Source: an uncultured Coriobacteriia bacterium
Lineage (GTDB): Bacteria; Actinomycetota; Coriobacteriia; Coriobacteriales; QAMH01
DNA: 64,000 bases
NCBI GenBank assembly: GCA_948466335.1
Contig: CAOKAE010000002.1
Location: 92,029-156,028, forward strand
Direction: 5' to 3'
Shown: positions 9,340 through 17,644 of the stretch, piece by piece
Layout of the letters: each line of letters opens with the position of its first letter
How positions within the stretch are numbered: the first letter of the stretch is position 1
Made by a program: the position numbers and the translations under genes
The notes under the pieces: model-generated
The model's database searches: none
Seen by the model: only the letters and a program-made list of their open reading frames with translations
Told to the model about the DNA's origin: nothing

Positions 9340-10305
9340 TTGCCCTGCCTTTATGCGATAATAGCCCCCATGCAAACGAGCAATAACATATTCCGCATAC
9401 TCATCATCGCCTGCGTCGTTCTCTTCATCGGAGCAATCGCCCAGCAGTTCTACATCTCGCATGTCGAGTCGAGCTATGCCAAATCGGGCGACGAGCTCAA
9501 GCAGGCCGAAGCCGACGTTGCCGCGGCAACCGAGCAAAACGAATCGCTCGAGCAACAGCGGACCGACACCTACATTGCCTGGCGAAACGCGCAGGGCCGC
9601 CTTTCGCTCTTTGGCGATAAGGGTGGCAAGGTGGCCTACCTCACCTTCGACGACGGCCCCTGCGACGCGCTCACGCCCAAGAACCTCGAAATCCTCAAGC
9701 AGAAGGGCGCCGTGGCGACGTGGTTCTGCCTGGCAAACGACGAGCTCTACACCTATCTCAACCTCGACCTCTGCAAGGACATCGAAAAGCAGGGTTCGGT
9801 CGTCGGCATTCATGACTGGGACCAGGACGACTCGTACAGCTACTACAAGGGCGGCGTCGACAACTACTTCACGAGCGACTTCGATAAGGCCAAGGAGAAG
9901 CTCGAAGCCGTCGTTGGCCATGAGATCAAGATCACGCGCTTTGCGGGCGGAAGCCTCACGATCGGCTACTACGACCCTGCCATTGGCAAGGCGCTACCCC
10001 GTGCCATGCTCGAGCGCGGCTACCAGTACTTCGACTGGAACGTGCTTGCCGGCGACAGCGAGCCCTCGCAGTTCGTGAACGGGTCGACCCCCAAGGACCG
10101 CATCGTGAGCAACGTGCTGAGCGAGGCGGAGTTCTTCGCGAAGACGGATTCTCCCATCTGCGTGCTCATGCACGACAACCCCGGTAAGAACACGACGACC
10201 GAGGCGCTTCCCGAAATCATCGACGGCCTGCGCGCCCTGGGATACGAGTTCAAGACGCTCGATTTCGATTCCCCTGGTTTCTATCAGGTGGTGATCACCG
10301 AATGA
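9340..10305 (+). CDS. Membrane-anchored polysaccharide deacetylase (NodB homology) with coiled-coil linker
   Basis: N-terminal TM (IFRILIIACVVLFIGAIA), then a coiled segment, then NodB motifs (VAYLTFDDGP, VLMHDNP). The start is uncertain: TTG 9340 or ATG 9370. Confidence 0.8.
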   Translation: MPCLYAIIAPMQTSNNIFRILIIACVVLFIGAIAQQFYISHVESSYAKSGDELKQAEADVAAATEQNESLEQQRTDTYIAWRNAQGRLSLFGDKGGKVAYLTFDDGPCDALTPKNLEILKQKGAVATWFCLANDELYTYLNLDLCKDIEKQGSVVGIHDWDQDDSYSYYKGGVDNYFTSDFDKAKEKLEAVVGHEIKITRFAGGSLTIGYYDPAIGKALPRAMLERGYQYFDWNVLAGDSEPSQFVNGSTPKDRIVSNVLSEAEFFAKTDSPICVLMHDNPGKNTTTEALPEIIDGLRALGYEFKTLDFDSPGFYQVVITE

Positions 10306-11150
10306 CATACGAGCGCGGACAATATGACGATGGATTCGAGCGCGAGAGGCGCCCCCGTCGCGATGTTCCCGAACGGAGCGAACGCCGTACTGGCAGCGGA
10401 TCGAATCGTTACTCCCGTTCGTCGGAACGCTACGCCCGTCACGCCTCGGCGCAACGCGACGAAAGGCGTCCCGGCAGGTCAGAAGGCCGCCCGAATCGTC
10501 AACGCCGCGACGACGCGCCCCGCGCGCGCCAACGCGACGAGCAGGGCTCTCGTCATGATTCCCCACGCCCCAGCCAACGTCCGAGTTCACGCACCCGACA
10601 GCGTGATGACATGCGCAACGAGAGGCGCGATCATGACACCATGCGCCCGCGTGACACGCGCTCGAGCCGACGGGGCTACGATGACGCACGAGATGAACAT
10701 CGCCGCGACAGGCACCCAAATCGGCAACGCGAGGGACGCGCCGAGCAGCAACGCGACTCCCGCAATGGGCAACATGCCATCGCACGGGCCGGCCAACGCA
10801 ACATCGCCCAGGCAAATCAGTACAGCAGGGACCGCTACGTAAGCCAGCCCGACCAGCAGTTTGGCGCATCCGCGAACCGGCAGGGCTACGACAAGGGCCG
10901 ACGCGTCAAGCCCGTCGACCCGCGCATGATCCTCGGGCTCGGCGTCGTTGCCGTCATCCTGCTTGCCGTCATCATCATCCGCTTCGTCGCCTTTGGTGGC
11001 ATCGCAAGCGAATACGGTGCCGCCAAGGCCGCCATCGACCAGCAACAAGCACAGCTCACCGAGCTTCAGACCTCAAACGGCGAGCTTCAGGCCGAGATGG
11101 ACTCCATGCAGGGCCTCATCGAGCGCTACAACAACTCGGGCAAGAAGTGA
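10302..11150 (+). CDS. Hypothetical bitopic protein: ~190-aa Arg/Asp/Glu/Gln-rich disordered N-terminus, one TM, short C-terminal coiled coil (DivIC/FtsB-like architecture)
   Basis: An ATGA overlap with the upstream deacetylase gene suggests translational coupling. TM segment ILGLGVVAVILLAVIIIRFVAF. C-terminal heptad-like segment AAIDQQQAQLTELQTSNGELQAEMDSMQGLI. Confidence 0.65.
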   Translation: MTYERGQYDDGFERERRPRRDVPERSERRTGSGSNRYSRSSERYARHASAQRDERRPGRSEGRPNRQRRDDAPRARQRDEQGSRHDSPRPSQRPSSRTRQRDDMRNERRDHDTMRPRDTRSSRRGYDDARDEHRRDRHPNRQREGRAEQQRDSRNGQHAIARAGQRNIAQANQYSRDRYVSQPDQQFGASANRQGYDKGRRVKPVDPRMILGLGVVAVILLAVIIIRFVAFGGIASEYGAAKAAIDQQQAQLTELQTSNGELQAEMDSMQGLIERYNNSGKK

Positions 11151-11154
11151 CTCG

Positions 11155-11312
11155 CATATGCCCGATTGCGGGCTGGCTCTCACACCCGGTTCACCACGGA
11201 CGCAATGCCGCGAAAGAACTCGCGTGCACAGATCGCACGCTCAAACACCTTTCGTCAAACCCGCATTGCGCCCATGGCAAACCTGTTCGAGATGCCCGCA
11301 ATCGGGCATATG
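11155..11312 (+). repeat. Imperfect-palindrome intergenic element, family copy 1 (MITE/ERIC-like or structured RNA)
   Basis: 19/19-bp arms CATATGCCCGATTGCGGGC / GCCCGCAATCGGGCATATG. Flanking direct repeat ACTCG at 11150-54 and 11313-17. The interior is colinear with 51666-51784 and with rc(57317-57433). Confidence 0.75.
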
Positions 11313-11369
11313 ACTCGTTGGGGAATTAATAAGAGTAACGGGATAAAACTCGCCCGGCAACTTGTTGTC

Positions 11370-11807
11370 TCATTTATGGTAGGGCTCGCCGCGCATGATC
11401 TTGAAGGCGCGGTATATCTGCTCAAGCAAGACGACGCGGGCAAGATTGTGCGGCAACGTAATCTTGCCGAATGAGAGCGTCTCGTCGGCACGGTCGTAGA
11501 CCGCCTGCGTCACGCCATCCGAGCCGCCAATGCAAAACGCGATGTCGCTCGTGCCGTGGGTCATGAGCTCGTCGAGACGCTGCGCGATCCCCTCGCTCGA
11601 TCGCTGCTCTCCCTTGATGGCGAGCAAGATAAGATGCGCGTCTCCGGCCACGCGGATGATCTCATCGCTCTCGAAATCGATGCCCTTGTCGGGAATTTCC
11701 ACGATACGCAGCTTGGTATAACCGCCAAGACGCTTGGCGTACTCCGCCGCCGCATCCTTCCAGAAGCGTTCCTTGAGCTTGCCCACGGCTATGACCGTTA
11801 TTCCCAT
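11370..11807 (-). CDS. rlmH: 23S rRNA (pseudouridine1915-N3)-methyltransferase
   Basis: 145 aa, SPOUT family. Begins MGITVIAVGKLKERFWKDAAAEYAKRL and ends LPHNLARVVLLEQIYRAFKIMRGEPYHK. Confidence 0.92.
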   Translation of the reverse strand: MGITVIAVGKLKERFWKDAAAEYAKRLGGYTKLRIVEIPDKGIDFESDEIIRVAGDAHLILLAIKGEQRSSEGIAQRLDELMTHGTSDIAFCIGGSDGVTQAVYDRADETLSFGKITLPHNLARVVLLEQIYRAFKIMRGEPYHK

Positions 11808-11885
11808 CTGTGCTCCTACTCTCGCCTAGTTCAATACAGTATAATCATGGGCTGTTACACATTTCGACATCACAGAGGATGCATC

Positions 11886-12662
11886 ATGGCAAACCAGCAC
11901 TATACCCTGACTTCATACGAACCCGTCTACGTCATCGCGGAGGAAATCAAGATTCCCGAGGAAGCCGTGCGCAAGACGGCGCTGCGCTGGCTCGAGCTCA
12001 ATGTTTGCAAGGAGGGCGAGACGCCCAAGCTCAACGACCAGTGGGTTGCCAAGCACGTTGAAGACATCAACAACGTCGAGGAACTCCTCATCTTCATCCG
12101 TTACAACATGTACAAGGACAACGTCGAGGTACAGCAGCTCGCCGACCAAAACGTCATCTGCCGCGAGCTCGCCACGCGTCTTGTCGAGGACCTGCCGCAG
12201 GACCTCGTCGAGGAAGCCCTGTACGCATCGTCCTATCGCCTCGAAGAAATGCTGCGCATGAACGGCCTGCAGAAGAAGGACTACTGCGAGCAGCGCGGCA
12301 TCTCCGAAGAGCAGCTTGACGCCGAGGTGCGCGAGAACACCATCGAAAGCCTCAAGGAGGACTCGGCACTCGCCGCCTGGGCAGACCACGCCGGCTACAC
12401 GCTGGAGGCGGAGGACTTCTACGAGATCATTCCGGGCGATTCCGTCCAGGACAAGGCCTACAAGCGTCGCCAGATCGAGCTCGAGGGCAGGATGCCCCAG
12501 ATGGAGGAGTACGCGCTCAAGGCAAAGGCCCTGCGCGACGTCATGGAAAACGCCATGATCAAGCGTACCGAAAAGGACGAGGAGTGGATGCGCTACGGCG
12601 ACACCAGCAAGGACGTCCTCGACGCCAACAAGCAGTTCCCCGACAACTTCATCTCGCTGTAA
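11886..12662 (+). CDS. Acidic hypothetical protein resembling a stand-alone trigger-factor C-terminal domain
   Basis: Starts at ATG 11886 (MANQHYTL); the ORF-track start at 11556 overlaps rlmH. The segment LRMNGLQKKDYCEQRGISEEQLDAEVRENTIESLKEDSALAAWADHAGYTLEAEDF follows the pattern of trigger-factor C-domains. This assignment is by eye only. Confidence 0.6.
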   Translation: MANQHYTLTSYEPVYVIAEEIKIPEEAVRKTALRWLELNVCKEGETPKLNDQWVAKHVEDINNVEELLIFIRYNMYKDNVEVQQLADQNVICRELATRLVEDLPQDLVEEALYASSYRLEEMLRMNGLQKKDYCEQRGISEEQLDAEVRENTIESLKEDSALAAWADHAGYTLEAEDFYEIIPGDSVQDKAYKRRQIELEGRMPQMEEYALKAKALRDVMENAMIKRTEKDEEWMRYGDTSKDVLDANKQFPDNFISL

Positions 12663-12684
12663 CGTCTTGCATTCAAGTACGAAA

Positions 12685-12712
12685 GAGGCCCGCGCAAGCG
12701 GGCCTCTTCTTT
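12685..12712. terminator. Bidirectional rho-independent terminator between convergent genes
   Basis: GAGGCCCGC-GCAA-GCGGGCCTC, flanked by an A-run on the left and TTCTTT on the right. It lies between the 12662 stop and the tig stop at 12736. Confidence 0.8.
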
Positions 12713-12735
12713 AGAACGCAGTTTGTGCGAAACGC

Positions 12736-14037
12736 TTACTCGACAACCGTGATGTCCGCCGTCTTGGCAAGCCAGCGCGCGGCCATAGACTGGCGGCACA
12801 TCTTGCGCAGGTCCGCCATGCGGTGCGCTTCGGTGAGCTCGGCGATCTGGGCCTCGGCGTCCTCGACACCGGAGAGCTCGCGGGCGATGTCCTCGTCCGT
12901 GACCTCCCAGCCCTTCTCCTTGAAGAGAGCCTCGAGCGCCATGTCGCGCTTGGCGCGGTCGATGGACTCCTGATTGACCTCTTCTTGCATTCTCTCGGCC
13001 TCGACGTTGTTCTTGAGCATCCAGTCCTGCAGGCCCGTGCCCTCCTTCTGGAGGCGCTGCATGAGTTCGCGGCTCACGTTGTCGCGCATGAACTCGACGT
13101 AATACTCCGGGACCTCGCCCTCGAAACGCTCGATGAGCGCATCGACGACCTTCTGCTCGAGCAGCTTGGGAAGCTCCCGGTCCTTCTGCATGTTGATGGT
13201 CATCTTCATCTGGTCATGCAGGTCATCGAGACTCGTGGCGCCAATCTTGGCAAGGAACTCCTCGTCGAGTTCCGGCAAGACGCGCTTGCGAATCTCCATG
13301 ATCTCGACGTTGGCATGAAGCTTGCCATCGCCGAGCTCCGGACGGTCTTCCTGGCCCTGCGCATCAAAGTCGAAGTCGAGCGTGTAGCCCTTCTTGGTGC
13401 CGATGATGTGCTCGTCGAAGCTCTCGGGCATGGAACCGCCGCCGATGCTGAGCATGCGCTCCACGTCATTGAGGCCCGGGATGACGGAGCCGTCATTCAT
13501 GATGGTCATCCTGACGGTGACGAAATCCCCGTCTTCGACCTCGTAGTCCGGGTCATCGATGGTGTCGTAGTTATAGTAGACGCTCAGCAGCTCCTCGATC
13601 TGCGTCTCGATCTCTGCCTCGGTTGCCTCGTTGGGAGGCATCTCGATCGAGACCTCGTCGTAGCTCGAGAGCGTACCCTCGGGAGGCACCGGGCCCGACA
13701 CGGTAAACGTGAACGGCTGGTCCTTGGCGGGAATCTTCTCGAGGTTGAATTGCGGGTCACCGATGAACAGGACATCGGCATCGTCGAGCAGAGCCGGTGC
13801 CTCGCCGTTCACGATGGCCTCGGCGATGCGGGCAAACACGAGATCGTGTCCACCTGCCTCGCGCTCGATGACCTCGCGCGGGGCCTTGCCCTTGCGAAAG
13901 CCCGGAATCTCGTTCTTGGCGAGTTCTTTGAATTGCTCCTCGATATAGGCGTTGACCTCGTCCGCGCTTGCGGTCATGGTCACGACCATTTCCTGCACGG
14001 CGTCATCGGACTCGCGTGTGATGTCTGTGATTTCCAA
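12736..14037 (-). CDS. tig: Trigger factor
   Basis: 433 aa. N-terminal ribosome-binding signature IPGFRKGKAPREVIE, a central PPIase-like region, and a C-terminal arm domain. Confidence 0.92.
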   Translation of the reverse strand: MEITDITRESDDAVQEMVVTMTASADEVNAYIEEQFKELAKNEIPGFRKGKAPREVIEREAGGHDLVFARIAEAIVNGEAPALLDDADVLFIGDPQFNLEKIPAKDQPFTFTVSGPVPPEGTLSSYDEVSIEMPPNEATEAEIETQIEELLSVYYNYDTIDDPDYEVEDGDFVTVRMTIMNDGSVIPGLNDVERMLSIGGGSMPESFDEHIIGTKKGYTLDFDFDAQGQEDRPELGDGKLHANVEIMEIRKRVLPELDEEFLAKIGATSLDDLHDQMKMTINMQKDRELPKLLEQKVVDALIERFEGEVPEYYVEFMRDNVSRELMQRLQKEGTGLQDWMLKNNVEAERMQEEVNQESIDRAKRDMALEALFKEKGWEVTDEDIARELSGVEDAEAQIAELTEAHRMADLRKMCRQSMAARWLAKTADITVVE

Positions 14038-14071
14038 CTTGTCTCCCCAAACGTATCTGGAATAGCGCGGA

Positions 14072-14407
14072 CTAGTCGCGGTAGTTGCCCGCGGGATCGA
14101 CCTTCCTGCGCAGGGAAAGCTCGTCGGAGTGGAGAATGACGTAGCGCATGCCCTTGAGCGTGACGATGAGGTTCACGACCTCGTGCGAGCCGGCGCCGCC
14201 ATGGTTGTACAGCTGATACGTGAGAACCTCACGGTCGATCATGGGCTGATAGATGGGAGAGCCATCCACCTTCTCGCGCAGCAGAATGGTTGGCTGTCGG
14301 CCGAGCTCTTCCTGGCGCAGCGCGATGTTGTACAGGATGTCCTCCTGCTCCTCGGTCAGACGACCCATTTCCTCGATCTCAGCGATGATCTCTGCTTCAG
14401 TTGACAT
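14072..14407 (-). CDS. Hypothetical protein (111 aa)
   Basis: Starts at ATG 14407 (MSTEAEII) with SD AGGAGG 5 nt upstream, and TATACT upstream of that. No motif recognised. Confidence 0.6.
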   Translation of the reverse strand: MSTEAEIIAEIEEMGRLTEEQEDILYNIALRQEELGRQPTILLREKVDGSPIYQPMIDREVLTYQLYNHGGAGSHEVVNLIVTLKGMRYVILHSDELSLRRKVDPAGNYRD

Positions 14408-14470
14408 GTATGTCCTCCTAGAATTGGCGCAATGTCCGTAGTATAGCGTGACAGCGCCCATGAATACTGA

Positions 14471-14502
14471 AAGGGCCCGATACCGTTACATATCGGGCCC
14501 TT
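14471..14502 (-). terminator. Perfect 12-bp hairpin after the 91-aa gene (terminator-like, weak U tract)
   Basis: AAGGGCCCGATA-N8-TATCGGGCCCTT, 20 nt downstream of the stop at 14522. Confidence 0.5.
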
Positions 14503-14521
14503 ACAGGTTTGTGGCGAAATG

Positions 14522-14797
14522 TTAGATGCCAGCGTAGCCCTTGGAAGGATCGCTGCCACCGACGCCTTCGATGCTGTCGCCAGCCTCGTTGCCGGTGCGC
14601 TTCGTGGAGGTGTAGCCACCCCAAGCGCGGGCGATGAACTTGTCCTTAACCCAGAAGATCTGAGCCTTCATGAGATCAGCCTGCGTCACGCCCTCTTCGG
14701 CCATGGCCTCGTCCTTGCTCTTGCCGTCGGCAACGAGCTTGTTGAGGATCTCAGCGGCCTCGGGAGCATCGAGAGCCAAAAACTCTTCAGGTGTCAT
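14522..14797 (-). CDS. Hypothetical protein (91 aa)
   Basis: SD AGGAGG 8 nt upstream of ATG 14797. Acidic and helical at the N-terminus, Gly/Ser-rich tail. No motif recognised. Confidence 0.6.
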   Translation of the reverse strand: MTPEEFLALDAPEAAEILNKLVADGKSKDEAMAEEGVTQADLMKAQIFWVKDKFIARAWGGYTSTKRTGNEAGDSIEGVGGSDPSKGYAGI

Positions 14798-14827
14798 ATG
14801 GGTTTCCTCCTAATCGTCTGCATGGTA

Positions 14828-14855
14828 GGCCTGACCGACCGTGGCCGGTCAGGCC
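14828..14855 (-). terminator. Perfect 10-bp GC-rich hairpin after the 119-aa gene (no U tract)
   Basis: GGCCTGACCG-N8-CGGTCAGGCC, between the stop at 14880 and the next SD. Confidence 0.4.
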
Positions 14856-14879
14856 CATTCTAGCTTATCCAGGCTCTAC

Positions 14880-15239
14880 TTAGAGCTGGAACAGACACAT
14901 CGGGCGGTCAAACTCCTTCATCTTGGCAATCATCTCATCGAGAGTGCCGTAATACATGGAGTGCGACTCCTCGACCTGGACTGCCAGGGGACGCTGGCCG
15001 GCCTTGTCGCCGCCGGTGCCCCAATGCTGGGAGAAGATGCAGGTCGGGATGGGGAGATAGATCCACTCCCAATCGTCGCCGTCATTGCCCTCGCCGACCT
15101 TGAAGGGGCCGACTTCGACTTCCTTGATCGCAAACTGATCGAGGGGAAGTCCGAGCTCTTCCTTGCAGGCGATCTCTGCGGCATGGTTGCCAGAGAAGAA
15201 GGTGTAGTCAACCAGCAGTGCGTACTTCTGATCTGCCAT
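14880..15239 (-). CDS. Hypothetical protein (119 aa), immediately downstream of the molybdoenzyme
   Basis: Only a 20-nt gap after the oxidoreductase stop, which suggests co-transcription. No motif recognised. Confidence 0.65.
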   Translation of the reverse strand: MADQKYALLVDYTFFSGNHAAEIACKEELGLPLDQFAIKEVEVGPFKVGEGNDGDDWEWIYLPIPTCIFSQHWGTGGDKAGQRPLAVQVEESHSMYYGTLDEMIAKMKEFDRPMCLFQL

Positions 15240-15259
15240 TTAAGTAACTTCCTTTCTTA

Positions 15260-17644
15260 TTAGTCCTGGTTCAGGCCGCGGACACGCCTCATGTTGCACA
15301 TGACGCCCTTGTAGGGAGCACCGAAGCCGAGCTTACCGATGTTCATGTGCGGAACGAGGCTGTTGAAGTTGGACTTCCAGACGCCGAACAGGTTGGGCTC
15401 CTCGCCGTCCTGCTCGGGGAACCACCAGCCATGAGCGCAGTTGATGATACCGGGCTTCATGCAGAAGGTGATCTCAGCCTTGAAGCGAGCAGAACCGAAC
15501 ATGTTGTAGACCTCGACCCAGTCGCCCTTGGTGATGCCGTACTCGGCAGCAGTCTCGGGGTTGATCTGGACCCACGGCCACGGATCGATCTGGCGCAGGG
15601 ACGGAACCTGACGATGCTCCGAATGGAAGGAGCTGTAACGACGCGAACCGGAGGTGGTGATCAGCGGATACTGACCAGCGAACTCGGGCTTGCTGAACTG
15701 CGAGTAGTTGGGCTCCTCGTAGTACGGCAGCGGATCCTCGCCCCAGGACTCGTACAGAATCGAGTAGGCCTCGATCTGACCGGTGATGGTGTTGAAGCCA
15801 GGCTCGCCGTCGAAGCGGAGCATGCCCTTCGCGTACTTCTCGTACTCGAAGCCATGAGCGCCCGGCTGGTAGATGCCCTCCTCGCGGAACTGGTCGAAGG
15901 TCATGCCGAGCTCCTTCAGCTGATCGCTGTAGAACTGGACGACTGCCTTCTCCAGAGCGTCGCGGTCGAGCAGGCCACGATCCTTGCCGAGCAGCATGGG
16001 AGCGTACTCGCTGTGCTCGAGCGTGGAGACGTCGAGCGTGTCGCCGGCCGGCTTGTACCACGGCCACCACGTCGGGTTGAGGCGCTGACCGAAGACGAGG
16101 CAGATCTCGACGTCGGACATGCACTCGCCAACCTGCAGGGCCTTGTTCATCGGGCCCATGAAGACGGTGTTGCGGCCATAGTGCGTGAGGCAGATACCAT
16201 CATGCTCAGCCCAGGTGGACATCGGCAGGAAGTAATCGCCCACGGCCATGGCGGTCGGGGTCAGGAAGAGGTCCTGGATGACGCAGAACTCGATGCTCTC
16301 GCACAGAGCGTCATGCCAACGCTTGGGCTGAGCCGAGCAGGTGGGCGCCAGGAAGTTGGAGCTGTTGAACCAAGCCATGCGGAGCTGGTACGGCTTGTGC
16401 GACTCCATGGTGTTCAGGGTCTCGTCCGGCTGGGTGGTAGCCATACCAGTGGACAGGCCAGGCCACTCAGCAGCACCGATACGAAGCGACCAGACCTCGT
16501 CGGTCATAGCGCCACGCTGCTCCATACGCCACTTGCCGAGGAGAGCGGACGGGGGACCGAGGGTCAGACCACCCGGGGTATCGATGGAACCGGTCATGGC
16601 GGCGAGGAGAATCATCGCCTGGGACAGCTGAACGCCGTTCTTGTTCTGGTCGAATGCCAGACCCCAAGCCCAACCGATGGGACGCTCGGTGCCGAGGATG
16701 TGAGCAACGCGCTCAATCGTGGCAACGTCGACCGTCGTGATCTCGGCGACCTTCTCGACGGGATACTCGGCGGCGCGAGCCTTGAGCTCGTCGAGGCCGT
16801 AGATCCACTGCTCCACGAACTCATGATCATACTCGTCGTTCTGGAACATGAGGTTCATGATGCCGAGAGCCATGCAGGTGTCCGTCTGCGGACGGAGCTG
16901 AACGTTGATGTTTCCATTGCGCGAACCCGGCCAGGTGATGCGGGGGTCAATGGAAATCAGGTGCGTGCCAAGCTTCATCATGTCAACGAGAACATGACCG
17001 AAGAAACCGTCACCATTGGAGGGCAGCGGCTCCTTACCCCAAACGACAACCCACTTGGAGAGCTTGTACGCGGGATCCTCGAAACGACCAGGCAGGTGAC
17101 CTGCGTAGTCGAGCTCGGGATAGCCAGCGCCGAGGACGTAGTCAGCAATCGAGCAACGCGGGCCATAGCAGGACCAGCCAGATTGCGTGTAGCAGCAGTT
17201 CGGGGACTGCAGCACGGAGAACGTCAGGGCATAGTAGAAGATGCAAGCCTCACGGCCGGTGCCACCGAAGCAGACGATGGACTCGGGGCCGTACGTGGTC
17301 TGATAGTAACGAACCTTCTCGCAGATCGTGTCGAGAGCCTCGTCCCACGTGGTGCGCTCCCACTTCATCTTGCCGCGGTCCTCGTAGGCACGCTTCATGG
17401 GATAGATGACGCGGTCGGGGCTGTAGGTGTACTCACGAAGAGCAAGGTTCATGGCGTTGACGCGACCCTGCGTAATGGGGTTGTCGTCGTCACCCTCGAT
17501 GCGGATGAGGCGACCACCGTCGGTGATAACCTTAACGCCATATCCAACGGGATGGGATCCCGGGGGAGACCAGGTGTTGCTGCGGGTAGCTACTGTGCCA
17601 TCCTCGCGTGTAACTCGCCACTCTTTGCTGTAAGTTCCAGCCAT
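15260..17644 (-). CDS. Molybdopterin (bis-MGD) oxidoreductase, DMSO-reductase superfamily, acetylene-hydratase-like; no Tat signal, no N-terminal Fe-S motif
   Basis: 794 aa from ATG 17644 (MAGTYSKEW), with SD AAAGGAG 7 nt upstream. Family-typical segments: RVIYPMKR, WERTTWDEALD, ISIDPR, and the C-terminal EDPLPYYEEP...YPLITTSGSR...INPETAAEYGITKGDWV. The first 85 residues contain no Cys and no RR motif. A candidate Cys ligand is present in GWSCYGPRC. Confidence 0.85.
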   Translation of the reverse strand: MAGTYSKEWRVTREDGTVATRSNTWSPPGSHPVGYGVKVITDGGRLIRIEGDDDNPITQGRVNAMNLALREYTYSPDRVIYPMKRAYEDRGKMKWERTTWDEALDTICEKVRYYQTTYGPESIVCFGGTGREACIFYYALTFSVLQSPNCCYTQSGWSCYGPRCSIADYVLGAGYPELDYAGHLPGRFEDPAYKLSKWVVVWGKEPLPSNGDGFFGHVLVDMMKLGTHLISIDPRITWPGSRNGNINVQLRPQTDTCMALGIMNLMFQNDEYDHEFVEQWIYGLDELKARAAEYPVEKVAEITTVDVATIERVAHILGTERPIGWAWGLAFDQNKNGVQLSQAMILLAAMTGSIDTPGGLTLGPPSALLGKWRMEQRGAMTDEVWSLRIGAAEWPGLSTGMATTQPDETLNTMESHKPYQLRMAWFNSSNFLAPTCSAQPKRWHDALCESIEFCVIQDLFLTPTAMAVGDYFLPMSTWAEHDGICLTHYGRNTVFMGPMNKALQVGECMSDVEICLVFGQRLNPTWWPWYKPAGDTLDVSTLEHSEYAPMLLGKDRGLLDRDALEKAVVQFYSDQLKELGMTFDQFREEGIYQPGAHGFEYEKYAKGMLRFDGEPGFNTITGQIEAYSILYESWGEDPLPYYEEPNYSQFSKPEFAGQYPLITTSGSRRYSSFHSEHRQVPSLRQIDPWPWVQINPETAAEYGITKGDWVEVYNMFGSARFKAEITFCMKPGIINCAHGWWFPEQDGEEPNLFGVWKSNFNSLVPHMNIGKLGFGAPYKGVMCNMRRVRGLNQD

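Noticed and set aside
11147-11474. ORFs 11147..11329 and 11166..11474 (plus strand), plus 57333..57521 (minus strand) and 51621..51827 (plus strand), which run through the palindromic elements
   Set aside because: Reading frames are not conserved among the three copies (copy 2 has a 2-nt length difference relative to copy 1) and there are no SDs. They are a by-product of the repeats.
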